A DNA stretch of 60,192 bases, filler included, from Sluysia triapertura (lineage: Eukaryota): NCBI GenBank assembly GCA_046118255.1. It is 5 parts of 5 records of this genome, joined end to end, with 100 filler letters (N's around TTAATTAATTAA, not from the genome) between each part and the next. Parts side by side here need not be neighbours in the genome. Positions count along the whole stretch, not along the records: positions 1 to 13,839 come from JBJNIA010017414.1; 4 more parts are not named here. One strand, written 5' to 3'. How positions within the stretch are numbered: the stretch's first letter is position 1; the number at the start of each line of letters is the position of its first letter. A program made the position numbers and the translations under genes. Positions 1 to 11,257 of the stretch are shown piece after piece. The notes under the pieces were generated by a model. That model saw only the letters and a list, made by a program, of their open reading frames with translations. It did no database searches and was not told the origin of the DNA.

Positions 1-10
1 TGAAACATAA

Positions 11-46
11 AGTCGGGTCATTTGACCCGCTATGGTAGAAATAGGT
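11..46. mobile_element. Probable piggyBac-type DNA transposon terminal inverted repeat (right end)
   Basis: Palindromic CGGGTCATTTGACCCG followed by CTATGGTAGAAATAGG resembles piggyBac/Looper-type TIRs; the canonical TTAA TSD is not intact. Confidence 0.35.
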
Positions 47-515
47 ATATATTAAGTCTTGGTATGATTAGTGTTAATAAAATACGTACATTAAATCAAT
101 TAAATTATCAAATCCAAGTGTTAAAAATCAATAATATATATTGTTGTTTGTATGTGTTACTAATAATAGATATAATAATAATATATGTCAATATGTACAA
201 TCAAATCATAATATTACATATAAAACAACAAATCACATAATCAACAATGTATATTCGGCAAATCAACAAATCATTACAATTCCCCTGACTAATAAAATTA
301 GTCTCTAATTTTCTAATGTTATTCAGTTGCTCAAAAATGAGTTATTACAATCAAAATACTGATTTTCCAATAAATCTTCGCCCAATGCACCAAATTCGCT
401 GTCGCTGACATCCAAGTCGACTGTGCTATATTTGCTATAGCTGGCATTTAGGTCGACGTTTGATGATCGTGGATGGATCTTTTATGCTAGCTTCTGTTGA
501 CCTAGTGTTGGTTTA

Positions 516-598
516 TGTTGACTTGGTTGTGCTAACATCTGTTGACTTGGTTGTGCTAACATCTGTTGACTTGGTTGTGCTAACATCTGTTGACTTGG
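516..598. repeat. 24-bp tandem repeat, about 3.5 copies
   Basis: TGTTGACTTGGTTGTGCTAACATC repeated; reads TTKSTDVS in one minus frame, just past the 580..963 ORF. Confidence 0.9.
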
Positions 599-963
599 TG
601 AAGCCTCTTTCGCTTCCGCTGTTCACTTCTTGTTGATATATCTTGATTTTTATGTATATTTTTATATCTGATTGGAGTTGCGAAATTGAATATATTACAT
701 GTGTTATCTGTGCAGCATTTGGTGTGTGTTAGATTATGTATAGAAGAAAAAGAAGAAGGAATAAGAGATTTTTTAATTGAGGGATCTTTTAATTCATTAT
801 TAATAATCTGTGGTAAGAATGTTGTATCCCTTTCACAAAGAATATCGAACAAAGAAACCAAGTCTTTTACCTGCTGCTCGCATGTAGAAGTACGCGGTGG
901 AAAAGGGTAAATAAGTGTTAGAACCAGCGACCTACTTACAAGATTTAAAGAACTAAATGGCAC
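580..963 (-). CDS. Hypothetical ORF, probably a decayed accessory gene 3' of the gypsy element
   Basis: 127-aa ORF with a basic KRKR patch, same strand as the element; no family recognised. Confidence 0.3.
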   Translation of the reverse strand: MPFSSLNLVSRSLVLTLIYPFPPRTSTCEQQVKDLVSLFDILCERDTTFLPQIINNELKDPSIKKSLIPSSFSSIHNLTHTKCCTDNTCNIFNFATPIRYKNIHKNQDISTRSEQRKRKRLHQVNRC

Positions 964-2068
964 TATATTAGTTCATGTGAGGTTGATTATACTCGCAACC
1001 AGCCTTACGGTATTGGAAAAGTTATTATAATTATATCAGGAAAAAATGTGACCAATATTTTATTATATAATGAAGCGGGCCAAAATTGCCTAATATCTGA
1101 AATATCCTTCGCATTCTTCAAATCCTGTTCACGCAACCATGGTCCACTGTTAAAAAATTCTTAATTCTATTCCTAGGACAAATCAATGAGTCCGAATGGA
1201 AAGACTTCTGATAGTAAGTAAAACAAGCCCATATAATTTGATGTTTATCATTAAAATCAAGAGCCAATTATGCCACCAAAAATACAAGATTGGTGTGTGT
1301 GTGTGTGAAGGTCGCACGTTCCTCACATTTATACAAATTATCTACGTCTGATTCATACAAAAGTGGATATTTGGTTGTATTTAGTGGAATCACTTGTACA
1401 AGATGTGTGATATACAAGAAGAGAAACTTTGAAGTCTTACTTGTAGAGGAATCTGATTTTGATATTTCCCTTAGCTGCCGTTATTATGACTTGTTTGTTA
1501 TCAGTAGGGAAACCGAATACTGAATTAACAATTAAAGGGGTTTTTATATGTCCGATGAAAAATAAGTGTGTGATGAAAGGTTCATCAATTTCACACTTCA
1601 AAATGTTTGGAATGTCATTGGATTTTGTAGACAAAAGACGTAACATTCCTACCACAGAAACGATCGATCCTGTTTTAAAACGCATGTGTATTGTTTATAA
1701 TTTTTGCTTGCGGGTGTCTTAATAAAAGAACACATTTAAAAGAAAAGACAAGATTTATAAATGGTAAATTAATCGTTAGTTTATTTTTTATATTATTTTC
1801 TATTTAATTATAATAACCTACGTATTTTAGGAATAATAAAAAATTAGATATGATTTTTCTTAAGAAATAGTTCCACTATCTTATTCTTTTTTTATAAACC
1901 TCCTTTTTATAGAGACATCTATTATGCTTCTGGGATTTTGATAACCCAGAAGGATAATTAGGATGTGGTATACTTATCAAATGTTCATTATTTTGCTGCT
2001 TAATTTATTATGGTTGTGTTATTACAATCTATTGAATTTCAATACTTTGGGATTTACTGGGATTTTTT

Positions 2069-2266
2069 CTAAAATATAAGAATGTCTAAAAAAACTTGAA
2101 TTTCTTCTACAGAAGTTCTGCACAATGAGCAGTTCATATATTCCGTAAATGAAAAATGAAAGAGATTAATTATACATTTGAAATGAAATTTATGCGAACA
2201 GGGGTATATTTTCGTATAGTGCTTATTATAGAACGTTGGAAAATGGAACATCGAGTGAAATACATT
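2069..2266 (-). pseudogene. Small RING-H2 finger protein (frameshifted)
   Basis: YPCSHKFHFKC...CSLCR matches CxHxxHxxC...CxxC; the first Cys pair appears degraded in an upstream frame (MYFTRCSIS). Confidence 0.7.
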
Positions 2267-2479
2267 GCTGAATTTTAAGAAAATAAAAATATAATAAGAT
2301 ACTAGTATTTTAAAATTAATTAAGTGGTTAGTTTAAATACTGCAGTTATGATCCTAATTATGTATATGGCTAAAATCTACGAAAAGTGATTAACAATAAT
2401 TTTTTAAATTTAGGTGACCGGTTGGACAGAAAACAACCGTCAACATCGATCACTCGTAATTTTTATATATAGTTCAATG

Positions 2480-3120
2480 TTACACTTTGATTATAAGTGT
2501 CAATTTTCGCAGTGTCCCTAAATATATTTTTATGGCGTCAGTCATAAGATTTACTGTAAGCAAAGCATAAAGATTGAACGTAACAATGCAAAGATAAATG
2601 TTGATTTCAAATGTTAATTTTTGGTCATTATTGTGTTTTGAAAATTTAAGGTTAAAGCCGATTTTAGTAAATTTATTTGGTATTTTAGTTGTTATTTCAA
2701 TGTATGGTCGTGCAAGTGACCAATTGTTTATACTTATTGTTTCGTTAGTAAAAATTATTCATATGTATATAGTTTGAAATGTTAACTTAGGTTGATAGCT
2801 TAATCTAATTGTTTGTTTATGTGGTATTAATTCAAGAATTGTTTCTCTCTAAGTCCCATATTTTATTACAATCGAATTATTTGATAGTAGATTGGTTATT
2901 TTAATTAGGTAAAGTTCATTGATTAATGCTGTTATAGACCAATTCATCCATTTTTTATTAAAACCATCAAAGAATAAATAAGGTTTGGTCTGTATCCAAT
3001 GATTCATTAATTCCATGGTTATTTTCACTTTGTATAATTGAGATTCAAATAAGTCTTCACAGGTTATGATCCAATACAGAAGTAGTACACCAATTATTTG
3101 AACATCTAATGGATAAACTA
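2480..3120 (-). pseudogene. About 210-codon frame with two in-frame stops; putative membrane or secreted glycoprotein
   Basis: Manual translation VYPLDVQIIGVLLLYWIITCE...INIYLCIVTFNLYALLTVNL...; hydrophobic ends and N-x-S/T sequons; missed by the ORF track. Confidence 0.45.
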
Positions 3121-3151
3121 ATTAATTTCTTATTTATTTCCTTAGCAATGA

Positions 3152-3830
3152 CTAATATCTCGTCTGTTTTAGCTTGGATAAATAATTGTATATCTTTATA
3201 GAACATTTTCTTAGCTTATTCGTTGTTATTTTAAGTGAATATGTAGTGGTTAAGCAAATGCATAGTAATATTGATGACATTTGTATTCCACTGTAATGTG
3301 TCGGTAATCTTAAATCCTTATTGTATTCATATAATGGTGATGGAATTATTGGTGGTAATGGTGGTCCTGAATGAGCAGAAAATCCATTAATTCTTGGAAT
3401 GGAATAATGATAATCATCGTCGTTATTGGAATAGGAATTGGTAGGAGTGCATTTATTCATAATAAATATCAAAATCATCAGTAAGGTTATGATTAATGCA
3501 ATAATAAACAGTGTTGCAGCAATTATTAAAATAGTTATCGAAGGATCTCTTTTTAATGTATATACAATCGTAGATTCCTTATTTCCTTGTATTGCAAAAT
3601 GGAGTTGTTTAATAATTTTAGCTTGATTTTTTATAAATTTTGCTGTCTTCAGAAAGTAAATATTCCTTACAAATTGTTACAGGATATTCTGTATTAGGTA
3701 TAACATGTTTATGTATTTCCCATATACTAAAATTAAGTCTTGCTGGATTAATACAGATACAATGCTCTTTAATGTTAATTTTCGTCATTTTTATTTGTAT
3801 TTCCGTATCAAAATTGTAGAAGTCAAATAT
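3152..3830 (-). pseudogene. Single-pass membrane protein with Tyr/Pro-rich cytoplasmic tail
   Basis: TM ILIIAATLFIIALIITLLMILIFIM followed by DDDYHYSIP...GPPLPPIIPSPLYEY; Cys-containing upstream part in a shifted frame. Confidence 0.5.
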
Positions 3831-3877
3831 TTTGATCTATAAACTCGTTGATGCCTCTTTAATTGAAATCAGTGTTA

Positions 3878-4482
3878 TTAAAGTAAGTAACAACATGTTT
3901 TGCGGCATATTATTAACTCTAATAAATAATTAATAGCATATATTGTAGTAAATATTAAAAGTGCTATTATAAAAGCATGTTGTATGTCCAATTTATTTAT
4001 CCTTAGATTATCTAATTTATTATTGCTCAATTTAGTAGTAATATTGGTTATTTTATTTATTACAGTTGTTGATGGTATGGTCGTTGTTTTATTTATTGAG
4101 ATATATTGTTTATTATTATTAAATATATCCATTAAATTTATAGCTATTGATTTATTATAAAATGAAAATTTTATTGTATATAATAATAATAAATTGAATG
4201 TTCACATTTAAATATATTATCTATGATTGAAGGTTTCTTTATTGATAATGGTTTAAAATATATACAATATATATCTAAATTATAATTAGGAACTTCATTT
4301 CTATTATCAATTTCAAGTGTCCAAAATCGATTAAAAGTATTTGATAAGAACGTGTCTTGTTTAGTATCAGTATATTCTGTTAAATTTGATGGATAAGATG
4401 TTGCCATTGTTATAAATTGAATAAGTAATAATATACAAGTTATGTAAAGAAATTTATTACTTTGGATTCCTCTTATAAGCAT
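3878..4482 (-). pseudogene. Type I membrane glycoprotein split over two ORFs
   Basis: Signal-peptide-like FLYITCILLLIQFITMA (4171..4482); Thr/Asn-rich stalk, TM AFIIALLIFTTIYAINYLL and Cys-rich tail CRKTCC (3878..4132). Confidence 0.5.
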
Positions 4483-4690
4483 TATACTACTTCTGTGACT
4501 ACTATCATTATCATGTTTCTACTCCAGATGAAGTTGAAAATATTGTAGAATCCCACTAATCAAGATTTTTCCAATTTGGAGTTGGCCTTTGTGAATTTAA
4601 CGGAGAAATTTGATAGTTTTGCTGTGCTGGTAATGGTGGCATTGTTCTTTTTAATGGTGGTAATACTATTGGTGACAAAACTATATGTGC

Positions 4691-4985
4691 TCATAATGGT
4701 ATCTTAAGAAATCCTAATCTACCATGAACTACAAAGTTTTCCAGTTTACTTGATGCCTCCATTCCTATTATAACTTCATAAAGGCATCTGTCCCATGTCA
4801 ATATTGTTACAAATAAGTCTACATCTAAATTTGTTAACTGACATTGTATGATTTCAATGTATGAATTCAATATTTGAACCATTTATAATAATCGTATACC
4901 AGCTTGTTGTAACAGTAATGTATTATAATTAATAATAGTATTATTTGATCCAGTGTCTATAACAGATATTACCGTTGATTAAATT
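4691..4985 (-). pseudogene. Retropepsin-like aspartic protease located downstream of integrase
   Basis: VISVIDTGSNNTII (catalytic DTG at about 4950-4958), then after a frameshift YEVIIGME (ILG-type motif). Confidence 0.7.
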
Positions 4986-5129
4986 TAATACTTTGCACTA
5001 AATGATTTTGTTAACATATTTGTTATATTTACTGGTTTAATATTTGTCGTTCTTAGTGGTTTATCTGTTACTAATTTAAATGATGTGCTTATTGATTTAG
5101 GTGGTTTATCTCTATCTTTAATTCTTGGT

Positions 5130-6300
5130 TTTACCTTTAAAACACTTCTTAACTTTTATATCTCTTAAATTATATTCATTATTTGGTGTTACCTTACAAA
5201 GATTCGCATGTACAACAAAAGTTTCAGCATCCATATCATTTGGTTTTCTAATATATAAATTAGTAGAAGTCGTTTTCATTACTTCATTTGGTCCTTTAAA
5301 TGGTTTATGTAATTTTTGAGATTATCCTGGTTTTGCTAATGGATAATCTACTAAAACCTTATCTCCTATTTTGAATTTATCGTGATTCGCCATTTTGTCT
5401 TATGTCTTTATAAGTTTCCTGAGTATAACGTATTTGCAATCAGGCACGCTTCCATGCATCATAGTGGTGACATTCTGGGTTTCTAAATATTGAGATGACG
5501 GTGGAATCCAATCTAGATTCAGTGGCATATTTGAATGTCTTCCATACATTAAAATGGCGTAAAATTCGTAGCAGTATGTACTGAACTTATATGTGCAAAT
5601 AAGCATGGTGCTATATATAAATCCCAATCTTTTTGCTTTTCGTTTACATACGACTGAAGTGAATTTATTAATGTTCTATTATATCTTTCCCCTAATCCAT
5701 CTGTTTGTGGATGGTATGGAGATGTGCATATCTTTGTAACTGATTTTATCGCGACGCTTGTAAAATTAGTTCGTTGATCAGTTAATAGCTTTCTTGGAGT
5801 TCCGTATCTATATATTATTTTCTACTAAAATTTGCGCCACTGTTTCTGCTTTCTGATTTGCTATTGGATAAGTTACTGTCCATTTTGTTAAATAATCAGC
5901 AAATACTATTATATATCTATTTCCATCTATAGTTTCTGGTAGTGGTCCCATAATATCCATAATATTCCATTGGTGAAAGTGGTATAGGCATATGTTGTAG
6001 TGGTACTTTTGTTTTAGTTCCTGTATTTTTTCTACAACCTATAGCACAATCTTTACACCACTTGTTAATATCTTTTTTCATGTCCCAATAATATTTATTT
6101 TTAATTTATGATAACGCCTTTCTTGTTGATAGGTGTTTTCCCAATTGACCATCATGATATTGAATGAATAATGGGATTATTAAAGATTTTGGTACAATCG
6201 TTTTCCACTCATCCTTTGAATCTCTAAACGCAAAATACCATCTGTTATTAAAAACGTTTTAGCTTTATCCTCATTTAACAATCCTTTTGCTATTTCTTCA
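5130..6300 (-). pseudogene. pol: Ty3/gypsy integrase, degenerate
   Basis: HHCC region (YHDGQLGKH...WCKDC), MDIMGPLPETIDGNRYIIVFADYLTKW, LLTDQ, SPYHPQTDG, FKIGDKVLV...KGP (GPY/F-like). Confidence 0.92.
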
Positions 6301-6342
6301 AATGCATGACATTTTTTCATCTTCTCTCTGATGTTTTACTAT

Positions 6343-7155
6343 TTATTTTAATTCTTCTAGTTTTCCTGAAATTACCATTATTTGTATAAGATTCCCCTTT
6401 TCATCTGTATTTGTTAATATATTATTTATATATATTATTTGCAAATCAAATTCCGCTAGCTTTGTGAACCATCTGTTTAATCTACTTACTTCATCCCTAT
6501 TATTATACAGATATGTTAACGGTTTGTGATCAGTATACAGAAACACTTTTTGTCCTAATATATAGTGTCTGAATAGTTTACATGCATATACTATTGCTAA
6601 ACATTCTTTTTCAATTGTTGAATAATTTATGTCGGTTTTATTTAATCTTCTGCTTGCATATGCTATTACTCTTTCTAGATTTTCTTTATTTCTTTATTCT
6701 AGAATTGCTCATATCGAACATTACCAGCACCCGTTTTATTATAAACGGTTATTCTCATCTGGGAACATTAATATTGGTGCAGTTGTTAATTTTTTCGTTA
6801 ATTTTATAAAAGCTTTTGTTTGTTCTTCGGTGCATTTAAATACTACATTTTTCTGAGTTAACATTCTTAAAGGTCGAGCAAAATCTTTTAAAATCTTCTA
6901 TAATAGCTTGCCAATTTTAAGAAGCTTTGAAATTTCTTTACACTATCTGGCGGTGGAAACTTTACGACTTTCTATATTTTTAGGATTCGGTTTTATACCT
7001 TTATGTGAAACTATATCACCTAAAAATTCCGCTTGTTCTTCTGCCCATACACATTTAGTAGGTTTAATTTTCAATCTAGCTACTTCTAACCTTTAGAATG
7101 TTTTATCACTATCTACTGCATGAGTATCAAAATCTTCTGAAAATATTACTATGTT
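6343..7155 (-). pseudogene. pol: Ty3/gypsy RT C-terminus and RNase H, degenerate; protease and RT N-terminus deleted in this copy
   Basis: IVIFSEDFDTH, LKIKPTKC, EFLG, LTTAPILMFPD, EKECLAIV, YTDHKPL, RLNRW. Confidence 0.92.
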
Positions 7156-7351
7156 CCTTACTTAAAATTGCTAATATCCATTTTGAACGCTTAATTTAAA
7201 TTCATTTATTCATTTAAATTTTCATTTAATTTTTTAGCATTCGTTATACCATTTGCCATATCTAATAAAAATTACACAACTTTTTGATCAGTTTCTCTAA
7301 TTGTTGTTTCTGGGGTATTTATTCTTTCATTAGCTGATATTATTATTATTA

Positions 7352-7398
<47 letters not shown>

Positions 7399-7939
7399 GA
7401 TTCCATCTCTTCCATTTCCATTTCTTCTTTGGCACTGTAGTACGCGTCTTCTTCATCGATATCCATTTCTTCTGCTTGTAATTATTCATTAATATTTTCT
7501 TTATTATTAACATTTTCTATATCTGTTTCGACTTCTTAATCATCACTTAATTCGTTATTCGTTTCGGAGTTATTTGATTAATTTTCTTCGGCATTTATTT
7601 CTTTCTCAGTATTACTGGGTTCAGTATTTTGTTCTACTTCTGTTTTATCATTATTTTCTTTTGATTCTGAATCTATTTTTTGTCGATTCTCTTATTTGGT
7701 TCCATTTTATTTCCCATGTATCAATTATTTCTTGAATTCTTTTTTATCTTCATTTGTAATTACTTCCTTTATCTGCTTTATCTGTTCGATTTTTTCTTCC
7801 ATTGATTGATTTAGTATTTCTCGGATTCTACCTAGAATTGATTGAATTGTTAATCTATTTTCCTCTTTTTCTCGTTCTCTTCGTTGTTTGTTTGTGGAAT
7901 TTATACTTGTTTATACTTAAATCTATTTTTATCGCAATC

Positions 7940-8499
7940 TAATCCAGTAATATAAAAAATTCTCTAAGTATTGCATTCTTTTCCTTGTCAGTAATTAACT
8001 TAAGATATTTATCATCTTCATCGCTGCTGATTTTTCTTCTTGGTTCTCTTTTCTTATTTCTCTTCTCTTCATACTGATATTCGTCTTCACCCTCATATTC
8101 ATTCCTGTTATTTCTATAATTATCATCTCTTTGATTTCTATATTTACAATTTATTTGTCCCTTATTACTTTTATTATTATCATCATTAAACCTTACTTTC
8201 CAATTAGGGCATTGGTATCTTTGTTGTTGTTGAACCCTTACTCTAGTAAAGTCTTGAGTAAACACATTTTTGCCTTAATTTTCTACAATCTCTTGCGTAA
8301 TGTCCTTTTTTGTTACAGTTGTCACAAATTATTTCTCCATCTATATTAGTTTGAGTCTTATTATTGTTCTCGAATCTCATCGGACTTTTATTTCTGTTCT
8401 TATTAAAATTAAAAGTAGGTGGCCATCTCGGTGCTGGTCTTTGCTCATAATTAGATATACCATAATTACTTGCTCTGTTATTTTGAAATTCTCTGCTTA

Positions 8500-8551
<52 letters not shown>

Positions 8552-9261
8552 TCCTCTATAATTATTTGAATTCCCCCTATAACTATTTTAAATGCCTCTG
8601 TAATTATTGCTTCGATTACTATATCCATCATAAGAGTTATTTCGGTTATAATTTGAAGAATTATTATTGTATCATAATTTGAGGAATTATACATATATCT
8701 AATATAATTATCAAAATTATCTTTATTTCTTTTGAATTTTGTCATTATTATCACTTAAATAAGTAATAAGTAATATTATCTCTATCATCAGTATAAGACC
8801 TTTCTTTCCATTAATGTAACGTATGTCCTTAATTCCGGACTTTTACGAGCGCATGCGAATTCATATACAGTTTCATTTGGTTTTTGTTTTCTTACATTTA
8901 ATTTCTTTGTATAATATTTTGTCATGTCATCGAGGGCTATCTCCTCGGTAAAAGCATTTACAAATGCATTCCAAGATTGTTTATCATTATTACTTGTTTC
9001 CTTATAAGTTTGAAATGTTACTCCAGTTAAGTAGTTTTGTATTCTCTGAATTTTTTCAATTTCGTTCCAGCCGTTTGTTTCGGCAATACTTTCATATTCA
9101 AAAAGAAAATCACAGAGGTCTTTCTCTGCTTCGTTAAATTTTCTCATTTCTGGTAAAGTTAATATGGGACGTATGCCTTTTGCTAATTGAGCCATATATT
9201 CTCTGAAATCATTAAGTAATGCCATATAATTTCTTAATTTTGCTCTATAATCGTCGTACAA
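7940..9261 (-). pseudogene. gag: Ty3/gypsy gag with CCHC zinc knuckle
   Basis: FEYESIAETNGWNEIEK...RKQKPNETVYEF retrotransposon gag motif; CDNCNKKGHYARDC knuckle at about 8285-8326. Confidence 0.88.
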
Positions 9262-9576
9262 TACAATTTGCTTATCTATTTTTTACTTAAAACTTAAAGT
9301 ATAATTTACTTAGGGTACAATAATTTACTGAAATATAACTTATTCTTAAACTTAATATTAGGGTCAATGAAATTATGATAATGTTTTACTTTTAATTAAT
9401 TAATTAATTTTATAATAATTCTTAATTATTCTTATTAACTATCTCATAATTTTTTATATGCTAATTCTCACATTCTTAAGTGCTTAAAACTCTTATTTGA
9501 AATTTATTAATTATTGTATGCTTCTCATCACTATTTATATTATCTATATTAATCTTATATATTCTTCTGATGCTGG

Positions 9577-9594
9577 TCCTCACTCTGGGCACTA
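9577..9594 (-). promoter_or_regulatory. Primer-binding site, elongator tRNA-Met-like
   Basis: Minus strand TAGTGCCCAGAGTGAGGA resembles TGGTGCCCCGTGTGAGGA (complement of the elongator tRNA-Met 3' end); lies upstream of gag. Confidence 0.6.
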
Positions 9595-9875
9595 ATTTAT
9601 TTTATTTTTGCTCACGAATAAAGATGTGGATGTGTGTTAGTTAACCAACGTATCCAGACTTATCACTTAATAATTTAAATGTATCTAAATTGCGTTGATT
9701 CTTTAAAATAAATCAATTATTAATTCGACAATATATATTACAAAACAAATGGTATTTTTACAAATAATGATATTAACTAAAAAGATAACAATACTTTACA
9801 AATAATGATAGTGACGTTGCAGTATTAACTTTAAAGTTAATATAAAAATGATTTTAAATTATATATTGTGTAACA
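9595..9875 (-). mobile_element. Candidate 5' LTR of the gypsy element
   Basis: Abuts the PBS; TGTTAC start on minus at 9875; no second copy seen in the window. Confidence 0.3.
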
Positions 9876-10560
9876 ACCTTGAAAATGGTTACGAAATTAT
9901 GTATAAAATAATTTGCGTATATTTTACATAATACCTAATAAAGGTATAAAAACTTAGTATAATCAAACTAACGATTCCGTTTGAGAAAATTATTCAAATA
10001 AAAAAACTGATCTTAATCGATTGAATGGATGTTAGGTTGTGAGTTTTAACTTTTTATTTTGTATTAGGTATTTAGTGTATTAGGTATTTATATTATTTTT
10101 ACCATTAACCTTGAATTATTTGCTTTAATGATTAATTTAAACAAAAATAATTAATAATGTTACTATTTTAACAAAACATTTAATCATTACAATTAACATT
10201 TTGACTTGCGAATACGTAAAAGTACTTATAAATCAATTATAGATTGACAAACTTGAGAAATAGATAATTCAAATAATATTACAACACAGGGAAGGTTGAA
10301 CTTTGGTTACACATTAATGGTAAATCAATTAATTATTGAAATCACTTTTTTTTCATTTTCACATTCGACAAAACCAATAGAATTCAAAATAAAAGATAGT
10401 AATTGTATAAAATTAGTCGAAAATAGCTTATCGTGTATAACAATGAACAAAATTACTAAAGAAATATTGACATAATGGTTCAGACAGCATGCATCTTAAA
10501 TAAAACTCATCATAATGGAACAAACTGAGAGAATGCCTTCTTTTTTGTTTCTTCTAGTTA

Positions 10561-11257
10561 CACTAGAACACGTTCAATGTTCCGGTTTTGGAAGTGTGTT
10601 GTTCCAGTTTCAAAAAGAAGTTAGTTAGTTAAAATAAAAGATTTGCAAAATCAAACAAGTATATTTTGTTAACTGTATGTACATAATTCCACATATTTAT
10701 TGAAAATTATATAATAAATACATTTCACACAAAGAAACATTCTCTAAACTGAATAACAGTGATCTTATACGCTTTTAATTATTGACTGCTTAACTAAATT
10801 TTATTAATATTTAATTTTGCAGGTGGTTGGTGTTATAACTAAATAAAATCTTTATTCATCTATTGTACTGGCTTATTTCAGTTCATCAGTGCAATATATC
10901 TTATGTTTCTGTTTTCTTTTATTCATCTAATATGATATTATTGTCAGTGTCTTTATCTAATTTTTCTAAAATTTCTCGTTTCACATTTAGTGTTAAATTG
11001 ATTTTATTTCGTTTTGAATTTGATGCCCCATTACGTGAGTATTCAAAGTATTAAGTTAGGTACTAAAATACTGTGTCAAACAAAATCTGCAAAGTAAAAT
11101 AAATAAACACAATAATGAATAAAATGGTGGTCAATAATATTTAAACAAAACACAATTATTTATTCTTCTAAAATTATAATAAAAATAATATTACAAGCAT
11201 GTTCCAGTTTTAGAAGTTATTCTGGTTTCAGTACGTCCAGTTTTTGGACTTCTAGCG
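10561..11257 (-). mobile_element. Non-autonomous pogo/Tigger (Tc1-mariner) element
   Basis: TA|CACTAGAA...TTCTAGCG|TA ends, subterminal TTCCAGTTT repeats, internal minus remnant KRNKINLTLNVKREILEKLDK (CENP-B/psq-type HTH). Confidence 0.65.

Larger units (their letters stand above)
2069..9875 (-). mobile_element. Decayed Ty3/gypsy LTR retroelement with extended 3' accessory region
   Basis: PBS-gag-RT-RH-INT order, all on minus, followed by co-oriented ORFs; the 3' boundary is undetermined. Confidence 0.75.

Noticed and set aside
8300-8754. Poly-Ile and poly-Tyr ORFs (also 7272-7466, 11786-11971, 22565-22900)
   Set aside because: Artefacts of (ATT)n microsatellites read in the wrong frame or strand
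10862-10900. Hammerhead ribozyme (CTGATGA...GAAA on minus)
   Set aside because: Only 3 nt for stem II and no convincing stem III; lies in a transposase remnant
10561-11257. CACTA/EnSpm element
   Set aside because: TA duplication and a CENP-B-type HTH remnant fit pogo/Tigger better
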